From the NCBI GenBank assembly GCA_000146045.2, contig BK006948.2:1027292-1091291 (forward strand): 64,000 bases of DNA, read 5' to 3'. Positions 23,999-34,272 of the stretch are shown here, piece by piece. The notes beneath the pieces are model-generated. The model did not search any database, was not told the origin of the DNA, and saw only the letters and a program-made list of their open reading frames with translations. Source of the DNA: TPA_inf: Saccharomyces (taxonomy: Eukaryota). Made by a program: the position numbers and the translations under genes. The stretch's first letter is position 1; each line of letters starts with the position of its first letter.

Positions 23999-25639
23999 AT
24001 GGCATCCCCAGGATCGACAGCATTACCACACAAGCGACAAAGAGTCCGAAAGGCTTGCGTGCCCTGTAGGGAACGTAAAAGGAAATGTAATGGCAAATCT
24101 CCATGTGAAATGTGCGTTGCCTATGGATATGTATGTCATTATATTGACGGTCGTGTCCCTTCGGCATCACCTCAAGTGCAACAAGTAGGTGAAACATCTC
24201 CTGATACGGAGAGCAGACCTTTTGTTCTTCCGGGTATACATAGAAACGAACAACCGCAGCCTATAAATACACAGAACGTTACAAGTCAAAACATTGTAGA
24301 TCCAACTAAGTCTAGGTACACGATCCAGCACTCTGCAGTTGCTTTCCCCCGCTGTCTTGGTCTCGAACTCCGATCAACTAATCCTCCACGCCTACATTCC
24401 TTCGCTTGGCATTGCGGAATCAGACCGGAAGAAAATCCAAACTCACATGTCCTTCTTTCTGATTTAGTTACAAAGGAAGAGTATTACCGTATCTCAAAAG
24501 TTTATTTTTCAGTTGTTCACCCGATATTTGATGTTGTTAATCCAGAGCAACTGGCAAAGAATGTTGAAAAATACTGGGATGGCGACGTAAAAACCTTAGA
24601 GTATGGGGCTGTTATTGCAGGGGTGATAGCTTTAGGATCATTTTTTATGGGAAGTCTTGGCCATCCCCGAGAGATGGATATAGTACAATATGCCAAAGGG
24701 ATCCTTGATGACCCGACTTTCAGTCGCATTCCCACGGTGGAGCAAGTCTCCGCATGGGTTTTGCGCACCATTTACCTGCGAGCCACTTCGAGGCCCCATG
24801 TAGCATGGTTAGCTAGCTGCGTAACCATCCATCTTTCTGAGGCAATTGGCCTGCATCATGAGATTGACAGAGAGGATATAGCGATATCGAACAACGTTCC
24901 ACCAAAAAGAACTACTGTAGTGAGCGAACACACTAGAAGATTATTTTGGTGTGCATGGTCAATCAATACCATTCTTTCATATGACTATGGGCGCTCAAGT
25001 GTTACGCTGAATAGAATTACTTGCAAGCCAGTTAAGGAGACGGACGGTAATTTTACAGCTCATTTAGTCGCGTTAGCACACCTGATTCCCCAAGACAGCG
25101 TGAACGCAAACGCAGCGCAATTGTTGCAGGCCCTGGCGGCCGTTCATGAATCACCAAACGCACATCCGTTTTTGTCGTTGACCAAGGGTGATATATGCCT
25201 CTCTTTGTATAGAAGACTTCGTTTGCTGAATCATATTCTTGATAAAAATGTTGTTTTACAAATAATTGATATCGGCAACACTGCGCTATCAGCAGCATAC
25301 GCTCTTGTAAAACTGGATCAAGCATGGTGGAATGTGTTGAGCACCTCATTCCAGTACGTCTGTGTCCTTCTTGCCATCGACACACCGGAAAGTCTTTCAC
25401 ATGTTGCTACTGCCATGAAAACGTTAGATAATATTACTCAAATTCTCGGTACACGTATTGCTTTTGAAGCACAAAAGACCGCAAAACTGCTTCTTGAGGA
25501 TTCCATGAAAAAAAAAAGACAAGAAATTCAGCAGCTTGAGCAGGCAACTCACCAGAGATCTAATCTTGAAACTACTCACCTACTCGATATTGACTGGGAT
25601 GCTTTGCTAGATCCATCAGACACGTTAAACTTTATGTAA
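23999..25639 (+). CDS. RDR1: Zn(II)2Cys6 binuclear-cluster transcription factor (546 aa), repressor of drug-resistance genes
   Basis: N-terminal CxxCxxxxxxCxxxxxxCxxCxxxxxxC motif (ACVPCRERKRKCNGKSPCEMCVAYGYVC). Size and position match YOR380W. Confidence 0.85.
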   Translation: MASPGSTALPHKRQRVRKACVPCRERKRKCNGKSPCEMCVAYGYVCHYIDGRVPSASPQVQQVGETSPDTESRPFVLPGIHRNEQPQPINTQNVTSQNIVDPTKSRYTIQHSAVAFPRCLGLELRSTNPPRLHSFAWHCGIRPEENPNSHVLLSDLVTKEEYYRISKVYFSVVHPIFDVVNPEQLAKNVEKYWDGDVKTLEYGAVIAGVIALGSFFMGSLGHPREMDIVQYAKGILDDPTFSRIPTVEQVSAWVLRTIYLRATSRPHVAWLASCVTIHLSEAIGLHHEIDREDIAISNNVPPKRTTVVSEHTRRLFWCAWSINTILSYDYGRSSVTLNRITCKPVKETDGNFTAHLVALAHLIPQDSVNANAAQLLQALAAVHESPNAHPFLSLTKGDICLSLYRRLRLLNHILDKNVVLQIIDIGNTALSAAYALVKLDQAWWNVLSTSFQYVCVLLAIDTPESLSHVATAMKTLDNITQILGTRIAFEAQKTAKLLLEDSMKKKRQEIQQLEQATHQRSNLETTHLLDIDWDALLDPSDTLNFM

Positions 25640-27826
25640 AAGAGTATTATAGATTATGTGTATCGAGAAGCAAATTGATTTATAATTAGAGGGAATGGAA
25701 TTGATGTTTAATACCTGCTTACTATATTTTATCTTTGATAATTGCGCAGAAAGTAATATATCCGGTATTTGAAAATAGGAAATTTAAAGAAATCCCGTCA
25801 CGCCTGGAATGAGGGGTGAAACCTTGACTGATATTATATTCTTTTCTTGGACATAGTGTCTGAACCAAATGCAAATTGCACTGCATTGCACCAAATTGAT
25901 GGTTCAAGTTCGATCTATAAAAATACGAGAGAAGGTCTGACTGTTTATGTCAATACTCAAGAGGCTCAGGAACAGTGTTAAAGCTTGGAAGTTCAATTCA
26001 TTAAAGAAAAGTTGATAACGTCAGGTGGAAAACCGAAAGATAAAAATAAAAGCAAGTCAAGATTTGAAGTATTGCTGAGCGAAATTTTGTTTGAGTGGTC
26101 CGGAAATTTTTATACACTTTATTAGTATTTGGTTTAGTGTAGGTGGGAAAGCTTAGAACGTATGTAGAAAAACATCCCTGAAGAGTTCTCTAGATCTTAT
26201 CATCAGCAATAAAAGAATGCCGTTGTGACACTTAAATAGTCATATCACATGCGGATACACTTCTAATACACTAGTCTTCTTTCACTGCCCTTTATTTATA
26301 AGACTCATGTCCAGTCTATTTTTTTTTTAAAAAAAAAGACTTTCAAGCTTTTTACAACTTGATATTCTAATATGAATAATGAATAATGAATAATTTAATT
26401 AATTGTTTTGTTTAAATTTTGTTCGGTCTCGGCTATATTTGGAAGAAAAATAGCCAGTACATACTTTCTACCACTTTCGCTCAATTATCAATAAAAACAT
26501 TTAATCGAAAGTCATTCAAACTGAAAACTTCAAAAGTCATTTTTTTATTGCTTCCCATTCCAATCACAATTATGCTTTGAGCCAATTTCAGTAAAACTTT
26601 GAAAATACGTAGGCGCATCGCATCGCCTAACTTAATTCGCGGTTTAACTAGCTTCCTCCACCAGTTCCATAAAAAAATGATGGATCAGTGCAAAAAAATT
26701 TTATCATAAATCTGATGAAGTATACTAAGCTGAATAAGCTGTAGGCCTTATTTGCTTTTTTCATACCCTTGGTTGGTACGACAGTAAAGATTGGCAGGTT
26801 CGGAGATACAACTTTTTTTGAGGCTTAGAATGCTCGGCCTGCATAAAATGGCGTTAAAGTTGCGCACAGGCCCCGGAAACCCTGCCAAGGAATATTACAT
26901 AAGTTGCAACATCTTTTTCCAATACATGGTTAGAGAGTTTTTAATCGTTATACTTTTTTCTCATTTGATTAAAAAATATAAAATGAATTGCGAAATTCTT
27001 CTAGAAATGCGTTACTATTTTACGGTTGGCATTGCAAGATTATTATAACTACGAAGCAGTGTTGGAAAATATCATCTGGGAAGAAATTCCTATTTCTTGG
27101 GAAGAATTACATGTGCATAAAAAGATAAAACCCTCGATCACCCAAAATTGACTTTGCGACTAAAAAGTGATTTTTTCAGCATATTGCATTTCAAAAAGTC
27201 GTTGTTTAGCACAACTCATAGAAAATAAATACTAGTATGATTCGGGAATTATTTATCAGTTAATTATAGGAGTACAGCCTTTTATAGAGTTGGCGAAGAT
27301 AGCCAAAAGATAAAAGCTTTGACGTACGTCTGTAAAAAGTGCCTTTTCTGATCGAATCCAGTTGCTCAGATATCCGGGAAGTTGTTAGCATTCATTGCTT
27401 TTCTGCACTATATCAGCATATGAATGCTTTCAGTATTTTAATTTTACCCTTTCACGAAGTACGCCAGAAAATGATTGGAAACGTACTCAAAAACAAAGCA
27501 GGAAATAAGCGACGAAAATTTTTCATTTCAATTAAGAGGTACTGAGCGGCTACTTAACTTTTTCTGCAGTAAGTAATGACAGAGTATCACTACAGAATTC
27601 TGTGCCTCCGGTCTGGGAATGCAGCTAGGGAGACAGCACCCTTTTGCTAATAATGCGCCGGAAATGAAACATTTAGATAAAATCTAAAGTTACGAAAACA
27701 ATACACTTTGAGGGAAAGATATCAGAGAATTAAAAGCTGCAAAGAACTATGACAAATTAACCGCTTTGTTGACCCTAGATCATAGTTTACACTGCGAACG
27801 GGATAGTTGCAACCTCTTTTGTAAAA

Positions 27827-27833
27827 TGCACCC
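27827..27833 (+). promoter_or_regulatory. Aft1/Aft2 iron-responsive element core TGCACCC, ~420 bp upstream of FRE3
   Basis: Exact TGCACCC heptamer. Confidence 0.55.
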
Positions 27834-28253
27834 ATATCTCATTTTGCCTTTATTTCGGGTGTATAATAGGAGAAAAATTTGAATGGTAAAGAATAAGTCC
27901 CTTGCGAGTGTCAAGAGAAGCACAATTATTATTACTATTGGTGACGTGATTGAACTCGAGAATTTTCCTGGACCGATATTTGAGTTTTACGTGGAATGTG
28001 GGTGTACCTCATCTCAAAGAATTGGCGAAAAGCCAAACTTCTTAATTCTAACAAAAGCTACTGATTCGTTGGCGATGAAAGACTCTTTTTTTTGGCTGTC
28101 AGAAGCTTTCATCTTTGACATAGATGTACAGAATTTGATCAATTGTTTATATTAAAAGATTCGTCGCAACTTATATAAGGTGGCAAGAGAATGATTAACT
28201 TCAATTGCTGATGAACGTTCTCAATTCAAAAATTATAAGACACAAGGAAAACA

Positions 28254-30389
28254 ATGTATTGGGTCCTCCTTTGTGGTTCTATTTTGTTATGCTGCTTGTC
28301 AGGAGCAAGCGCCTCCCCTGCTAAGACAAAAATGTACGGCAAGTTACCACTGGTTTTGACAGATGCCTGCATGGGAGTTCTCGGCGAAGTAACCTGGGAG
28401 TATAGTAGTGACGATTTATATTCCTCACCAGCATGTACATATGAACCGGCATTACAGTCAATGTTGTATTGTATTTACGAATCATTGAATGAAAAGGGTT
28501 ATTCCAATAGAACCTTTGAAAAAACCTTTGCTGCTATCAAAGAAGACTGCGCATATTACACTGATAACCTTCAGAATATGACTAATGCAGATTTCTATAA
28601 TATGCTGAATAATGGAACAACATACATAATACAGTATTCTGAAGGTAGCGCGAATCTTACGTATCCAATCGAGATGGATGCCCAAGTGAGAGAAAACTAT
28701 TATTATTCTTACCATGGTTTCTACGCCAACTACGACATTGGTCATACTTATGGTGGTATTATTTGCGCCTATTTTGTAGGTGTTATGATTCTTGCCAGCA
28801 TACTCCATTATCTAAGTTACACTCCGTTTAAAACTGCCTTATTTAAACAAAGACTTGTAAGATATGTGAGAAGATATTTGACAATACCTACTATCTGGGG
28901 TAAACATGCGTCGAGCTTTTCTTACCTTAAAATTTTTACAGGCTTCCTTCCCACACGATCTGAAGGCGTCATTATACTTGGATACCTCGTGCTTCATACA
29001 GTTTTTCTGGCATACGGGTATCAATATGATCCTTACAACTTAATTTTCGACTCTCGTAGAGAACAGATTGCTCGATACGTGGCAGATAGAAGTGGTGTCC
29101 TGGCATTTGCACATTTTCCCCTAATAGCTCTTTTCGCAGGAAGGAACAATTTTCTAGAATTCATTTCTGGAGTAAAATATACCTCTTTCATAATGTTTCA
29201 TAAGTGGTTGGGAAGAATGATGTTTTTAGATGCTGTGATTCATGGCGCTGCTTATACCAGTTATTCCGTATTCTACAAAGATTGGGCAGCAAGCAAGGAA
29301 GAGACATATTGGCAATTTGGAGTAGCTGCTCTTTGTATAGTTGGTGTTATGGTGTTTTTTTCTTTGGCAATGTTCAGAAAGTTTTTCTATGAAGCCTTCT
29401 TATTTCTCCATATTGTGCTTGGCGCATTGTTCTTTTATACGTGTTGGGAGCACGTCGTAGAATTGAGTGGGATTGAGTGGATATACGCTGCTATTGCTAT
29501 CTGGACTATTGATAGGCTAATTCGAATTGTTAGAGTATCTTATTTCGGTTTCCCTAAGGCTTCCTTACAGTTAGTTGGCGATGACATCATTCGAGTCACA
29601 GTCAAACGACCAGTAAGGCTATGGAAAGCCAAACCAGGACAGTATGTTTTCGTTTCATTCCTACACCACCTGTATTTTTGGCAGTCACATCCTTTCACAG
29701 TCTTAGATTCAATTATCAAAGATGGTGAGCTGACTATTATCCTGAAGGAAAAAAAGGGAGTAACAAAACTTGTCAAAAAGTATGTGTGTTGCAATGGAGG
29801 TAAGGCATCTATGAGACTAGCTATAGAAGGTCCATATGGCTCTTCATCTCCAGTCAATAATTATGATAACGTCTTGCTACTTACGGGAGGTACTGGTTTG
29901 CCAGGGCCCATTGCACACGCCATTAAACTTGGAAAAACGTCAGCGGCAACTGGAAAACAATTCATAAAATTAGTGATTGCAGTTAGAGGGTTTAACGTAC
30001 TCGAGGCTTACAAGCCGGAGCTGATGTGTCTAGAAGATCTTAATGTACAGCTTCACATCTACAATACAATGGAAGTTCCGGCATTAACTCCTAATGATAG
30101 TTTGGAAATTTCTCAACAAGACGAGAAGGCCGATGGAAAAGGTGTTGTTATGGCAACTACCCTAGAACAGTCACCTAATCCAGTTGAATTTGATGGTACT
30201 GTTTTTCATCATGGAAGACCCAATGTTGAAAAGCTTCTGCATGAAGTTGGTGACCTAAATGGATCGTTAGCTGTGGTTTGTTGTGGGCCTCCTGTTTTCG
30301 TTGACGAAGTAAGGGATCAAACGGCAAATCTTGTTCTAGAGAAGCCTGCAAAGGCAATCGAATACTTTGAAGAATACCAAAGTTGGTAA
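28254..30389 (+). CDS. FRE3: Ferric/cupric-chelate reductase, NOX/FRE family (711 aa)
   Basis: N-terminal signal peptide, multi-TM ferric-reductase domain with conserved His pairs, and C-terminal FAD (HPFT) and NAD(P)H (GTGL.P) motifs. Confidence 0.87.
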   Translation: MYWVLLCGSILLCCLSGASASPAKTKMYGKLPLVLTDACMGVLGEVTWEYSSDDLYSSPACTYEPALQSMLYCIYESLNEKGYSNRTFEKTFAAIKEDCAYYTDNLQNMTNADFYNMLNNGTTYIIQYSEGSANLTYPIEMDAQVRENYYYSYHGFYANYDIGHTYGGIICAYFVGVMILASILHYLSYTPFKTALFKQRLVRYVRRYLTIPTIWGKHASSFSYLKIFTGFLPTRSEGVIILGYLVLHTVFLAYGYQYDPYNLIFDSRREQIARYVADRSGVLAFAHFPLIALFAGRNNFLEFISGVKYTSFIMFHKWLGRMMFLDAVIHGAAYTSYSVFYKDWAASKEETYWQFGVAALCIVGVMVFFSLAMFRKFFYEAFLFLHIVLGALFFYTCWEHVVELSGIEWIYAAIAIWTIDRLIRIVRVSYFGFPKASLQLVGDDIIRVTVKRPVRLWKAKPGQYVFVSFLHHLYFWQSHPFTVLDSIIKDGELTIILKEKKGVTKLVKKYVCCNGGKASMRLAIEGPYGSSSPVNNYDNVLLLTGGTGLPGPIAHAIKLGKTSAATGKQFIKLVIAVRGFNVLEAYKPELMCLEDLNVQLHIYNTMEVPALTPNDSLEISQQDEKADGKGVVMATTLEQSPNPVEFDGTVFHHGRPNVEKLLHEVGDLNGSLAVVCCGPPVFVDEVRDQTANLVLEKPAKAIEYFEEYQSW

Positions 30390-31908
30390 TCAATTACCTT
30401 ATTTATTTCCTCACTATTTTACCTATCACAAGTATATATTTAATTGTTTTGACCTGAAACATAATTTATGTCTAGCTGCAATGAAGACAATTGATCGACT
30501 TTCACAAACTTTTTCAATCTACTAATCTTTGGAAGCATTTTTTAACTGTCTCCCACTCTTGTTCCATGACTTAAATTTCTCTTCCTCCAAATTAACTGAA
30601 TTTTTTTTCTGGATTGATGTTCTTTCCAATTGTTGTGGTAATCCACAGCTGGTATAACATAAAAAGAAGTTTTTTGTAAAAAAAAAAAATTTCTCAGTAA
30701 GCATATAAGCCTCAGTGAAATAAAATTTTAACAACTACACGCTATTCTATTCCATTTGCCCTGCTTTTCTCGCTTCGTTATCACCTAACCACTAAGAACA
30801 TACTAATAATACAAAATTTTTATCCACTTTTTACCAACAGATTTTCATGAAATATCCATCTTCTTTCCGAATTCTGTATAAAATGAAAGAGAGATTTTTT
30901 GCTCTCAATCCAGGCTCAAGGCTCTTGAGAACAGGTAATTGTTGTTTAGCACGTTTTCAACACATTTATCAGAAAACGACAGTTAAAAATAAGACGAGCG
31001 GCGTTATCATCCTGATAGTCACTAAATGAAAAGCAGGTACTTTTGAAGAGCACATGTAATATTTGCTCAACTGATAATACCTTCATTTTATACACACTTC
31101 TAATTTTTTTTTTAAAATCAGATACGCATTGATGTTCAATGTAGCATTACCATCACAAGACAAAAAATCAGAATTTTACAAGCAAAAGCGCTTATCTTTA
31201 AGGACCAACATATTAGATGAATTCTTAAGGGTTGCCAAAACGCAAGACAACAGGCAAAATAATTTCGTTTCTCAGTACCGAAATGACGAAATATACTGAG
31301 GCAAATGCGATCATCATGCCTTTGCGCCAAGAAACTCCCTTGTGAAGAACTTCAAACCGAAATGGGAAAACTTTGAGTTATTGACAGGGAATACGGAGGG
31401 GAAGATCACACTTAAATCCGTATGAGCCGCGCACATAATGGTATTCAAATACACAAGAACATTCATGAGCTATTTTTCATCCGTGCAAACGAATTTACTA
31501 CAATTGGACCAGAGGGCACCATAACTGGAGACTTTGCTACTGACTCAACGTTGATGATGCGAGTAGTGGGTGTACTGTGATTTGCTCATTTTTTTTTTTA
31601 TAGAAAGATTCGATTAATGAAAGTCACAGGAGACATTTTTACATAGACATTCCGTATATGTTGCGGGTATCGCGGATGCGGATTAGTGATGCCTTTAACT
31701 ACATTTCATAGATTTCTGTATACCAATTGAAATGAGTGAAGTAAGCTCCTACAGTGAAATATCTGGGTGCTACTGACGCCAAGCCCTACAGCGATCGGAA
31801 TGCGGGAACGGAAGTTAACGGGGCTTCCAGAACGGCGGAAGCGAATTGAACGAGGACGGCAAACAAAAACACCCAAAATTTCATTACTTAGAATGACCCT
31901 CAAGAGCA

Positions 31909-31915
31909 GGGTGCA
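31909..31915 (-). promoter_or_regulatory. Aft1/Aft2 element (GGGTGCA on + strand) upstream of FIT2
   Basis: Exact reverse-complement heptamer ~325 bp upstream of the FIT2 ATG. Confidence 0.5.
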
Positions 31916-31973
31916 ATTTATCAAGCGATCATTGAACTAACTAAGTTCATATCCTGTATAGGATTTAAAACAA

Positions 31974-31980
31974 TGCACCC
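31974..31980 (+). promoter_or_regulatory. Aft1/Aft2 element TGCACCC upstream of FIT2
   Basis: Exact heptamer ~260 bp upstream of the FIT2 ATG. Confidence 0.55.
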
Positions 31981-31990
31981 TAAGTTCAAA

Positions 31991-31997
31991 TGCACCC
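31991..31997 (+). promoter_or_regulatory. Aft1/Aft2 element TGCACCC (second copy, 17 bp downstream of the first) upstream of FIT2
   Basis: Exact heptamer followed by a C-rich run (tgcacccccccctcgcccc). Confidence 0.55.
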
Positions 31998-32239
31998 CCC
32001 CTCGCCCCGCAGCGGACCCTTGAACAGAGAACTGTTTCGAGGTTCACCCAATTGGATCACTTGTATAATTTGTAATCGAGTTCGGATAAGATGTATACGA
32101 ATCTAACTGGGTGCAGTATAATTAGCATTTTATATTACCTAGCAATATATGTATAAAACAGGAATGTGTGCGTGCTTCAGGCAGAATTTTACGGTCCTTG
32201 TAAAAAAGTCTATCATAAAGCCATCACAAAACAATAATA

Positions 32240-32701
32240 ATGAAATTCTCAACTATTTTCGGAGCTACTACAGTTATGACTGCCGTCTCGGCAGCAGCTG
32301 TGTCGAGTGTAATGACCACTAAGACTATTACTGCTACTAACGGTAATAACGTTTACACTAAGGTCGTTACCGACACCGCTGACCCTATCATTAGTTACAG
32401 TACCACTAGAACTGTCGTTGTCAGTAATAGTGATGCTACTTACACAAAGGTTGTCACCGAAGGACCAGATACCACCTCTGAAAAGAGTACAACAAAGACA
32501 CTTACTTTGACAAACGGTTCAGGTTCATCAACCAACCTTTACACCAAGACCGTCACTCAAGCCGTCGAATCATCTACATCCTCCTCATCCTCCTCATCCT
32601 CCTCCTCCTCTTCTGCCTCTTCTTCTGGTGCTGCTCCTGCTGCATTCCAAGGAGCAAGTGTCGGTGCATTGGCCCTTGGTTTGATTTCTTACCTATTATA
32701 A
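32240..32701 (+). CDS. FIT2: GPI-anchored cell-wall mannoprotein facilitating siderophore-iron uptake (153 aa)
   Basis: Signal peptide, Ser/Thr-rich repeats (YTKVVT units), poly-Ser, and a GPI-attachment-like C-terminus (GAAPAAFQGASVGALALGLISYLL). Confidence 0.85.
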   Translation: MKFSTIFGATTVMTAVSAAAVSSVMTTKTITATNGNNVYTKVVTDTADPIISYSTTRTVVVSNSDATYTKVVTEGPDTTSEKSTTKTLTLTNGSGSSTNLYTKTVTQAVESSTSSSSSSSSSSSSASSSGAAPAAFQGASVGALALGLISYLL

Positions 32702-32880
32702 GCTCGGTTTCAAACCAGAAAAAAGCTATTAGTTATCGTGTATAGCATATTTATAACTTATCTATGAAAAGCTAATATAATTGTCTTTCTCCTTCAAAAG
32801 GCTAGTAAAAAGGACTTTTTTTCATTACGTTTCTCAGTGACTTCAATGTAGCAGTTTTTCGTTTCATCATCATCATCGTA

Positions 32881-32914
32881 TTATTATTATTGTTATTATT
32901 ATTATTATCATTAC
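32881..32914 (+). repeat. Imperfect (ATT)n microsatellite between FIT2 and FIT3
   Basis: ttattattattgttattattattattatcattac. Confidence 0.7.
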
Positions 32915-33149
32915 TTTTATTAATATTAACTATTTTTTTAGTATGATTTCGGGTATATTTATTTTAATTAGATACTTTTAACCGTTTCAAACAATTAAAG
33001 GAAGACCAACGAACTTGAAACAGTATATATACATACATACTTAATGTGTGTTATTAAAATTTTTTTATTCTAACATAACTTCGAAAAAAGGCCAAGCCGC
33101 AAGGTGCTTCATAAAAATCGGATATCCCGCATGATTATTCACATATCAT

Positions 33150-33764
33150 TTACAATAACATGACGGCAGCAAGGGCAGCACCCATCAAACCAGTACCAGC
33201 GGTGATGGCATCAGCAGCACCGGTGTAACTAGATAATTCAGCGGTGCTAGAGGATGTAGCAGAGGAAGAAGTTTCAGCAGTGGTGGTTGCAGTGGTTGAA
33301 GCAGAAGAGGTAGCAGCTTCTGAGCTGGTAGAAGTACTACTTGGAGACCAGGTGTTGCTGCTGCCTTCACCAGTCCAGACAAAAGTAGCATCTTGGGTGA
33401 CAGTCTTAGTGTAGACGTGACCGTTCTTGGTGGCAGTGATAGTGGTAGTGATACTAGAACCAGAACCTTCATCAGCAGAAGAAGTCTCAGCAGCAGAAGA
33501 AGTCTCAGCAGCAGAAGTGGTAGCGGCAGCAGAAGTGGTAGCGGCAGCAGAGGTTTCGGCGGCAGAAGTTTCGGCGGCAGAAGATTCAGCGGCAGAAGTG
33601 CTGCTGGCGTAAGAGTCTTCACCACCCCAAACAAAAGTAGCATCTTGGGTGACAGTCTTAGTGTAGACATGACCGTTCTTGGTGGCAGTGATGGTGGTGG
33701 TGATACTCTCAGCAAGAGCAGTAGCGGCAACAGCAGATAGAACCAAAGCGGAAGAGAATTTCAT
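33150..33764 (-). CDS. FIT3: GPI-anchored cell-wall mannoprotein (204 aa), FIT2 paralog with internal tandem duplications
   Basis: Signal peptide, a duplicated ~27 aa unit (ITTTITATKNGHVYTKTVTQDATFVW twice), AAETS/AAATTS short repeats, and a GPI-type C-terminus. Confidence 0.85.
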   Translation of the reverse strand: MKFSSALVLSAVAATALAESITTTITATKNGHVYTKTVTQDATFVWGGEDSYASSTSAAESSAAETSAAETSAAATTSAAATTSAAETSSAAETSSADEGSGSSITTTITATKNGHVYTKTVTQDATFVWTGEGSSNTWSPSSTSTSSEAATSSASTTATTTAETSSSATSSSTAELSSYTGAADAITAGTGLMGAALAAVMLL

Positions 33765-33941
33765 TTTAGGGATTATTGTTATTAGTTATTTTTAAGCGAG
33801 TGGAAGTACTTGTTTGTATCTGTTCGAACATTCATATTACCTCCTAATACTTCAAATAGTTCTTGGCTTAAATACCCCATAAATCAACTTTTACAAAAAA
33901 AAAAATAACAAATCTCGAACGATAATTGAACCCCATTTTTT

Positions 33942-33948
33942 TGCACCC
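33942..33948 (+). promoter_or_regulatory. Aft1/Aft2 element TGCACCC in the FIT3/FRE5 divergent promoter
   Basis: Exact heptamer. ~180 bp from the FIT3 ATG (on the minus strand) and ~330 bp from the FRE5 ATG. Confidence 0.55.
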
Positions 33949-34042
33949 TTTCCTAGAATGGCGGAACTCGGCTCTTGAGCCCTTAGATTGCTTTCCTTCA
34001 CATACATCAAAAAATATGGGATAGCGGGGTGCGGAACAAACA

Positions 34043-34049
34043 GGGTGCA
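34043..34049 (-). promoter_or_regulatory. Aft1/Aft2 element (GGGTGCA on + strand) in the FIT3/FRE5 divergent promoter
   Basis: Exact reverse-complement heptamer. A near-copy ggggtgcgg lies 20 bp upstream. Confidence 0.5.
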
Positions 34050-34272
34050 AAAAAAAATCTAGGACATAGGTAGGACTAAGAAGACTGTGGCATTACTACA
34101 CAGCAATCATATTTTACCGCTTCCTCGTTTAATTGGATTTTTACTTTTCATTACATTAGCGATCATTAAAAAAGGAGCGTCAATTTTTTACTTGGCAAAT
34201 GTGTAATGTAGCGTTTTCGGTATGTCACATCACCAATTTTGTCGCAGTTAATTTAATTCACCCAGATTTCGA

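Noticed and set aside
33185-33740. 181-aa (-) and 115-aa (+) ORFs with poly-Leu/Pro or Ser/Gly-rich translations
   Set aside because: Alternative frames through the FIT3 Ser/Thr/Ala codon repeats.
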